From Prochlorococcus sp. AG-402-A21 (GTDB taxonomy: Bacteria > Cyanobacteriota > Cyanobacteriia > PCC-6307 > Cyanobiaceae), in NCBI GenBank assembly GCA_003279655.1, contig QCHI01000003.1:34641-98640 (forward strand): a stretch of 64,000 nt of DNA, written 5' to 3'. Within the stretch, counting starts at the first letter, position 1. Each line of letters opens with the position of its first letter. The translations under genes and the position numbers were made by a program. This document shows positions 60,500-64,000 of this stretch, one piece after another. A model generated the notes under the pieces. The model was given only the letters and a program-made list of their open reading frames with translations. It searched no databases and was not told where the DNA came from.

Positions 60500-60763
60500 A
60501 AAGCCTCCTTTCTTACACCTTTGGTCTAATCCTTCTTTTTATTGGATGGGAGTAGGAAAGCACTACCCCAACCGAACATCAGGTCAGGATTAGTTCTTTT
60601 TAAATTAGTTCTAAGTTGATGGCGTAATACGGAAGCATCATCAAGCCAGATCGGGGGACGGTCGTCGAAATCCTGTCCTCTCTTCGCAAATTCAAAAAAA
60701 GTTCATTAGGTCTGCACTTTTTCTGAGAACCCGAAGGGGTGGAATGTTCAATCTTTTCCCTTC

Positions 60764-60817
60764 AAAAAACTTCCTCACACAGTTTTAGTTAACCCTCCAT
60801 CGTGGGGGGTTTCTTTT
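60764..60817 (+). ncRNA. Yfr1/Yfr10-like small RNA (5' end approximate)
   Basis: ACTTCCTCACAC at 60769-60780, one base different from the Yfr1 core ACTCCTCACAC, in a AAAAC/GTTTT hairpin loop, followed by a terminator. Confidence 0.6.
60791..60817 (+). terminator. intrinsic terminator
   Basis: AACCCTCC-ATCGT-GGGGGGTT then TCTTTT. Confidence 0.75.
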
Positions 60818-60907
60818 GCAAAGCTCAAAATATACAAATTAGAGAACCTTTTTCCTCGGTTAGGGCCTAAAGCTGTTAGTTTGCTCTTCGTTTTTATCCA
60901 ATGCTGG

Positions 60908-61039
60908 ATGAACTTAGAGAAACAACACGCCAAACTTTTAAAACTTCAAGCTAAAGCGGATGCTTGTACTTCAAGAAAAGAAGCTCTAAAAATTTTAAAA
61001 AAGTCTGAGAAGACTATCCATAAACTTTCTAAGCCATAG
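60908..61039 (+). CDS. 43-aa basic helical microprotein
   Basis: MNLEKQHAKLLKLQAKADACTSRKEALKILKKSEKTIHKLSKP*. Confidence 0.6.
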   Translation: MNLEKQHAKLLKLQAKADACTSRKEALKILKKSEKTIHKLSKP

Positions 61040-61086
61040 ACCACCTTCTAGCAGTAGTTGGACTAACTCCATAAATATCAGCGTAA

Positions 61087-61194
61087 CTTTGTTTACAGCA
61101 AGAAGATCAGTTGAACTAGATTAGCTAGAAAGACAAGAAAGTGAATTGTGATTCTCCTCTTTGGAGAAATAAACCTCAATGTTTTGACGAATAA
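61087..61194 (+). pseudogene. gene remnant ending in a VNCDSPLWRNKPQC motif
   Basis: LCLQQEDQLN*IS*KDKKVNCDSPLWRNKPQCFDE(TAA); no start codon; TAA abuts the ATG at 61195. Confidence 0.45.
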
Positions 61195-61425
61195 ATGAAC
61201 CGCTTCTTACTACTCGCCCTAACTGCTGGGCTTCTCTCCCCTATCGCTGCTAATGCTGGAGATTGGGTTTATATGGCAAGAGGTGAGAATGAAATGCGAA
61301 GAAAAGAAGTTGGCATAACAAAAAAAGAATGTTTCAAAATCAAACGAGAAGAACAAAAAAAAGCCAGAAAAAATAAATACAAACTTTCTTATAACAAATG
61401 CTTTAGTACAAAATTAAGGAATTAA
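61195..61425 (+). CDS. small secreted protein
   Basis: Signal peptide MNRFLLLALTAGLLSPIAANA, then a basic mature part with two Cys. Confidence 0.7.
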   Translation: MNRFLLLALTAGLLSPIAANAGDWVYMARGENEMRRKEVGITKKECFKIKREEQKKARKNKYKLSYNKCFSTKLRN

Positions 61426-61426
61426 T

Positions 61427-61440
61427 GGGATTTAACGGAC
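61427..61440 (+). repeat. 14-bp direct repeat GGGATTTAACGGAC, copy 2
   Basis: Exact match to 60059-60072; lies 1 bp after the 61425 stop and 2 bp before an ATG. Confidence 0.85.
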
Positions 61441-61461
61441 CAATGAAAATGCTCTTAAGAT

Positions 61462-61635
61462 ATGGAACTTACTTTTAAGTTCAAAGTGAAAAAGGTTATT
61501 TCATTAGTTTTTGCTCTTTCAGTTATTGGAAGTCCATCCCTTGCATGGGGTTGGGGTGAAGGTGGCTGCTCTTATTCAAAAGACAAAACAAACCAAGAAA
61601 CAAAAACTGAGCAAGTAAAAGAAACTGACGCTTAA
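61462..61635 (+). CDS. 57-aa secreted microprotein
   Basis: MELTFKFKVKKVISLVFALSVIGSPSLA/WGWGEGGCSYSKDKTNQETKTEQVKETDA*; alternative GTG start at 61486. Confidence 0.6.
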   Translation: MELTFKFKVKKVISLVFALSVIGSPSLAWGWGEGGCSYSKDKTNQETKTEQVKETDA

Positions 61636-61636
61636 G

Positions 61637-61744
61637 TTGGAAGACCAAGTCAAGCTGCCAGAATTTTTAATTGAATATTTTGCTGGTATAAAAAAGGGAG
61701 ATTTCTACGAAGAACCAGTTGAAGGGGAATATCCAGATTGGTAG
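61637..61744 (+). CDS. candidate 35-aa acidic peptide (TTG start)
   Basis: (M)EDQVKLPEFLIEYFAGIKKGDFYEEPVEGEYPDW*; starts 1 bp after the previous stop. Confidence 0.4.
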   Translation: MEDQVKLPEFLIEYFAGIKKGDFYEEPVEGEYPDW

Positions 61745-61829
61745 CTGCAATGAAATTTGAGTATTAGTGCCGAGAGCAACAACAGAGAGTTTGAGCCTTT
61801 AATAAAGAAAATTTGGCCCATTCAGGAAC

Positions 61830-61946
61830 ATGACCAGAAAAGAGTTCATGGATAAGTTCTTTGATCTTTGCAAGGACGCTCAAGAAGAAATTCCACCAAA
61901 TGTGATTGCAGAAATTCTCAGAGATTATGCAGATAGGTTGGATTAG
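61830..61946 (+). CDS. 38-aa helical microprotein
   Basis: SD-like CAGGA; MTRKEFMDKFFDLCKDAQEEIPPNVIAEILRDYADRLD*; TAG abuts the next ATG. Confidence 0.6.
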   Translation: MTRKEFMDKFFDLCKDAQEEIPPNVIAEILRDYADRLD

Positions 61947-62189
61947 ATGAAGAAACTCTTTGCTTTTGTTCTTGGTCTGCTTTTGTTTTTATTTCCTTTT
62001 GTAGTTCAAGCGGAAGATGTTGAACTAATACCGCAAGAGGAAATAGCTGAAGCACCTTCACCTGATCAAATGTCAGATGAGGCAATAAATTATTTACTGG
62101 GTGAGGACATGTATCAAGGCACTCTTAGTTGGCAAGGAAACAAAGTTTCTACCAAATTTAATTACGACATGAAAAAGGAAACAAGATAG
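61947..62189 (+). CDS. small secreted acidic protein
   Basis: Signal peptide MKKLFAFVLGLLLFLFPFVVQA. Confidence 0.65.
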   Translation: MKKLFAFVLGLLLFLFPFVVQAEDVELIPQEEIAEAPSPDQMSDEAINYLLGEDMYQGTLSWQGNKVSTKFNYDMKKETR

Positions 62190-62414
62190 ATGACAATATT
62201 TGCAGTTTTAGTTCTCATTGGATTTGCCCTGTCTTGGTACTTCCGATGCTGGGGAGTTTTTAATCACATGCTTGGATATGGTTTGATTTTTGCCTCAATA
62301 CCTTTAGGGCTGAAATTCGCATCGGTGGCAGGGTTAAACCCAATTGCAGTTTTCTTTATTTACGTAGCTGTCTTTTGGATTGTTTATTTCTTTATTTACA
62401 GAAGGAACCGTTAA
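62190..62414 (+). CDS. small multi-pass membrane protein
   Basis: Three hydrophobic segments and C-terminal RRNR; ATG abuts the previous TAG. Confidence 0.6.
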   Translation: MTIFAVLVLIGFALSWYFRCWGVFNHMLGYGLIFASIPLGLKFASVAGLNPIAVFFIYVAVFWIVYFFIYRRNR

Positions 62415-62461
62415 ACATCCAAAACTCATTAGGGTGATTTTATTAGTAATTAATTTTTGGA

Positions 62462-62650
62462 ATGCCTAGTCCTTTATTTGCCATACCACTCAATATGGGA
62501 ACAGGTACTTGGATTGTGACGATTGTTGCTGGACTAGGTTTTGTTGTGATGTTTGGTCTTGCCTCAGCAGGTGGAGACTATCAAGGTTTGATAAATACAA
62601 CGCTTGAAAATGATGCGCTTGCCCGTGAAAAGAGAAAGGGCAAAAAGTAG
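62462..62650 (+). CDS. small single-pass membrane protein
   Basis: TM WIVTIVAGLGFVVMFGLA and a basic tail. Confidence 0.6.
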   Translation: MPSPLFAIPLNMGTGTWIVTIVAGLGFVVMFGLASAGGDYQGLINTTLENDALAREKRKGKK

Positions 62651-62654
62651 CTGC

Positions 62655-62921
62655 ATGAAAACAACAAAGATCCCTAATGAAGAGAACCGATATTGGTCTG
62701 ATAGGAAGCCAATTATCTGCCCTAGTTGTGGTGAGAAAGCAGTAAGAAAATCAATTTATGGTTATCCCTCGCAGGAAAATTTCCAGAATCCAAATATCCA
62801 TTGCATTGGATGTATTCCAGATCTTCCTTGGCCTCGAACTTGGGGATGCAATAATTGTGATGCTGCTATTTGGAAAGATACACCAAAGATGAGAGATAGA
62901 TATGAGAGGTTTGAACTATGA
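62655..62921 (+). CDS. small zinc-ribbon-like protein
   Basis: CPSC...YGYP...GC...WGCNNC; ATG 62655 preferred over the overlapping TTG 62604. Confidence 0.65.
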   Translation: MKTTKIPNEENRYWSDRKPIICPSCGEKAVRKSIYGYPSQENFQNPNIHCIGCIPDLPWPRTWGCNNCDAAIWKDTPKMRDRYERFEL

Positions 62922-63076
62922 GCCGTTTCACAGATATAAATGTTCCCTATTCAGTTGATCCTGAAGACAAAAGAACGGATGAAGAAGTCCTAAAAGATAT
63001 GGAAAAAAATTTAGGAGTTAAAGTAGTTCGTGTATCAAAAAAAACTCCCGAAGCTTTTTCTTCTAAAGATAAATAA
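62918..63076 (+). CDS. 52-aa charged microprotein
   Basis: ATGA overlap with the previous gene; MSRFTDINVPYSVDPEDKRTDEEVLKDMEKNLGVKVVRVSKKTPEAFSSKDK*. Confidence 0.55.
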   Translation: MSRFTDINVPYSVDPEDKRTDEEVLKDMEKNLGVKVVRVSKKTPEAFSSKDK

Positions 63077-63266
63077 AAATAAGTCTCAAAAGCTAACGAA
63101 GGCAAATAGTTAGAAGGATATTTTTTCAATTATTAGATTTGTTGATGACTCTAATAAGTATAAATAGCCCGAACTGGTTAGCCCTACTTCAACCGAACTA
63201 CTCCTATTAAGAGCTTCTTTTATATTTTGTTCATCTTATTAAACCAATCAGAACTAACTCTTAGCC

Positions 63267-63377
63267 ATGCATGCAATCAACAACTCTACTGCCGCAAAGC
63301 TAATCGTTCTCTGGAACCTTCCTGCACTTCTTTTATTAGTTGGTGTTTGTGAAATTGGTACTAAAGTATTTTCCTAA
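63267..63377 (+). CDS. candidate 36-aa membrane microprotein
   Basis: MHAINNSTAAKLIVLWNLPALLLLVGVCEIGTKVFS*. Confidence 0.45.
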   Translation: MHAINNSTAAKLIVLWNLPALLLLVGVCEIGTKVFS

Positions 63378-63384
63378 TTAAAAA

Positions 63385-63549
63385 ATGACATCATCTAACA
63401 ACAGTCCAAAGAATTGGTCCGAGTGGAATAACACAAAGCATTTCACTGATTACTCAAGAGATTCAGGAACAGGTAAATTTGTTCGCTTTACGATTGCGGC
63501 GTTACTTTTCGTTCCTGTTGGTTTTCTTGCTTATATGACTACTATCTAA
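63385..63549 (+). CDS. 54-aa C-terminally anchored microprotein
   Basis: MTSSNNSPKNWSEWNNTKHFTDYSRDSGTGKFVRFTIAALLFVPVGFLAYMTTI*. Confidence 0.55.
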   Translation: MTSSNNSPKNWSEWNNTKHFTDYSRDSGTGKFVRFTIAALLFVPVGFLAYMTTI

Positions 63550-63555
63550 AATCAA

Positions 63556-63672
63556 ATGGTTTCAACAAACACCACTAGAAATAAAGAAAGATTGGGGAAA
63601 GTGATTGCCAACGAAATAGCTGCGAAATTATCAATCTTTTATGTTTTTCTTATTTATATGATGAGGAGTTAA
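63556..63672 (+). CDS. candidate 38-aa microprotein
   Basis: MVSTNTTRNKERLGKVIANEIAAKLSIFYVFLIYMMRS*. Confidence 0.4.
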   Translation: MVSTNTTRNKERLGKVIANEIAAKLSIFYVFLIYMMRS

Positions 63673-63675
63673 GTC

Positions 63676-63789
63676 ATGACAAGACAAGAAAAAATAAAAG
63701 CCGCTGAAGAGAGGATCAAAGAACTAGAAACTCTCATTAAGCATTTAAAATTAAGAAATGGGACTGATGTCCCCAAGATATATATATAG
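63676..63789 (+). CDS. 37-aa coiled-coil microprotein
   Basis: SD GAGGAG upstream; MTRQEKIKAAEERIKELETLIKHLKLRNGTDVPKIYI*. Confidence 0.55.
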   Translation: MTRQEKIKAAEERIKELETLIKHLKLRNGTDVPKIYI

Positions 63790-63896
63790 ATAGACTGTCA
63801 ACCGAGATTTTGTTCTATAAGAATGAAAAGCCTAAGAACGTCAAAGACAATGATGAGAAAATCAAAAGGAGTTCAATAAATTTCATTTAGAACCTT

Positions 63897-64000
63897 CTAA
63901 AGGAATACTCTTTTAGCCCGTGGGAAGGATTCAGGCTTAGAGCAAAAACCATAAGATAGGCACTCCGACTCTTTATCGTCTCTGATCTTCCACAAATAAG
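63897..64000 (-). CDS. possible 3' end of a gene entering from the right edge
   Basis: Open frame ...YLWKIRDDKESECLSYGFCSKPESFPRAKRVFL*; too little sequence to confirm. Confidence 0.25.
   Translation of the reverse strand, partial: YLWKIRDDKESECLSYGFCSKPESFPRAKRVFL

Larger units (their letters stand above)
60398..60700 (-). ncRNA. structured ~300-nt RNA carrying a small ORF (Yfr8/Yfr9-like architecture; 5' end approximate)
   Basis: GC-rich non-coding stretch with several hairpins and an 8-bp long-range helix (60526-60533 with 60586-60593) upstream of SD, ORF and terminator. Confidence 0.5.
51250..64000. other. tRNA-associated genomic island / hypervariable region (continues past the right edge)
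   Basis: After tRNA-Lys the core genes stop, coding density and ORF size fall, intergenic DNA is visibly more AT-rich, and a tRNA-Pro sits inside. No recombinase is seen in the window. Confidence 0.8.

Noticed and set aside
60320-60529. Track ORF of 69 aa on the + strand
   Set aside because: It overlaps the DUF3104-like C-terminus and is antisense to the SD-led peptide ORF and terminator, which explain the sequence better.
60059-61440. GGGATTTAACGGAC repeats as a CRISPR array
   Set aside because: Only two 14-bp copies 1.37 kb apart, with no regular spacers and no cas genes.
62947-63129. Track ORF of 60 aa on the minus strand
   Set aside because: Antisense to the better-supported 52-aa + strand ORF that is coupled to the zinc-ribbon gene.
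59887-64000. An intact integrative element (tycheposon, prophage or IS) at tRNA-Pro
   Set aside because: No integrase, transposase, replication or packaging gene and no duplicated tRNA end was seen within the window; such parts could lie beyond 64000.

Overview
AT-rich picocyanobacterial chromosome segment. Gene content, gene order and protein sequences point to Prochlorococcus, most likely a low-light NATL-like strain (inference). Bases 1 to ~51.2 kb are ordinary core genome: zwf (partial), petH, tRNA-Glu, sasA, pepN, prs, malQ, clpC, lysA-cdaA-uppS-bioB, lipA, recR, psbP, a DEAD-box helicase, recD-recB-recC, pdxJ, plsC-bolA-grxD, crtH, trmFO and tRNA-Lys. After tRNA-Lys the window becomes an island-like accessory region of tiny ORFs, a SulP transporter and an internal tRNA-Pro. 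No integrase, transposase or CRISPR array is visible. The most unusual observations are all in the island. (1) Three short reading frames carry TAG/TGA stops (no TAA) where Trp would fit, one with six such stops and no frameshift. (2) About 15 co-oriented micro-ORFs follow tRNA-Pro, with zero-gap stop/start junctions and an exact 14-bp repeat (GGGATTTAACGGAC) just ahead of start codons. (3) A ~300-nt structured minus-strand RNA carries a perfect Shine-Dalgarno, a 29-aa ORF and a terminator, and lies divergent from a Yfr1/Yfr10-like sRNA. In the core, recR appears to need a CTG start, the OmpR-type regulator lacks its phospho-acceptor Asp, and FNR has a hydrophobic N-terminal extension in place of a CpcD domain. 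Coordinates for features not in the ORF track were counted by hand and may be off by a few bases.
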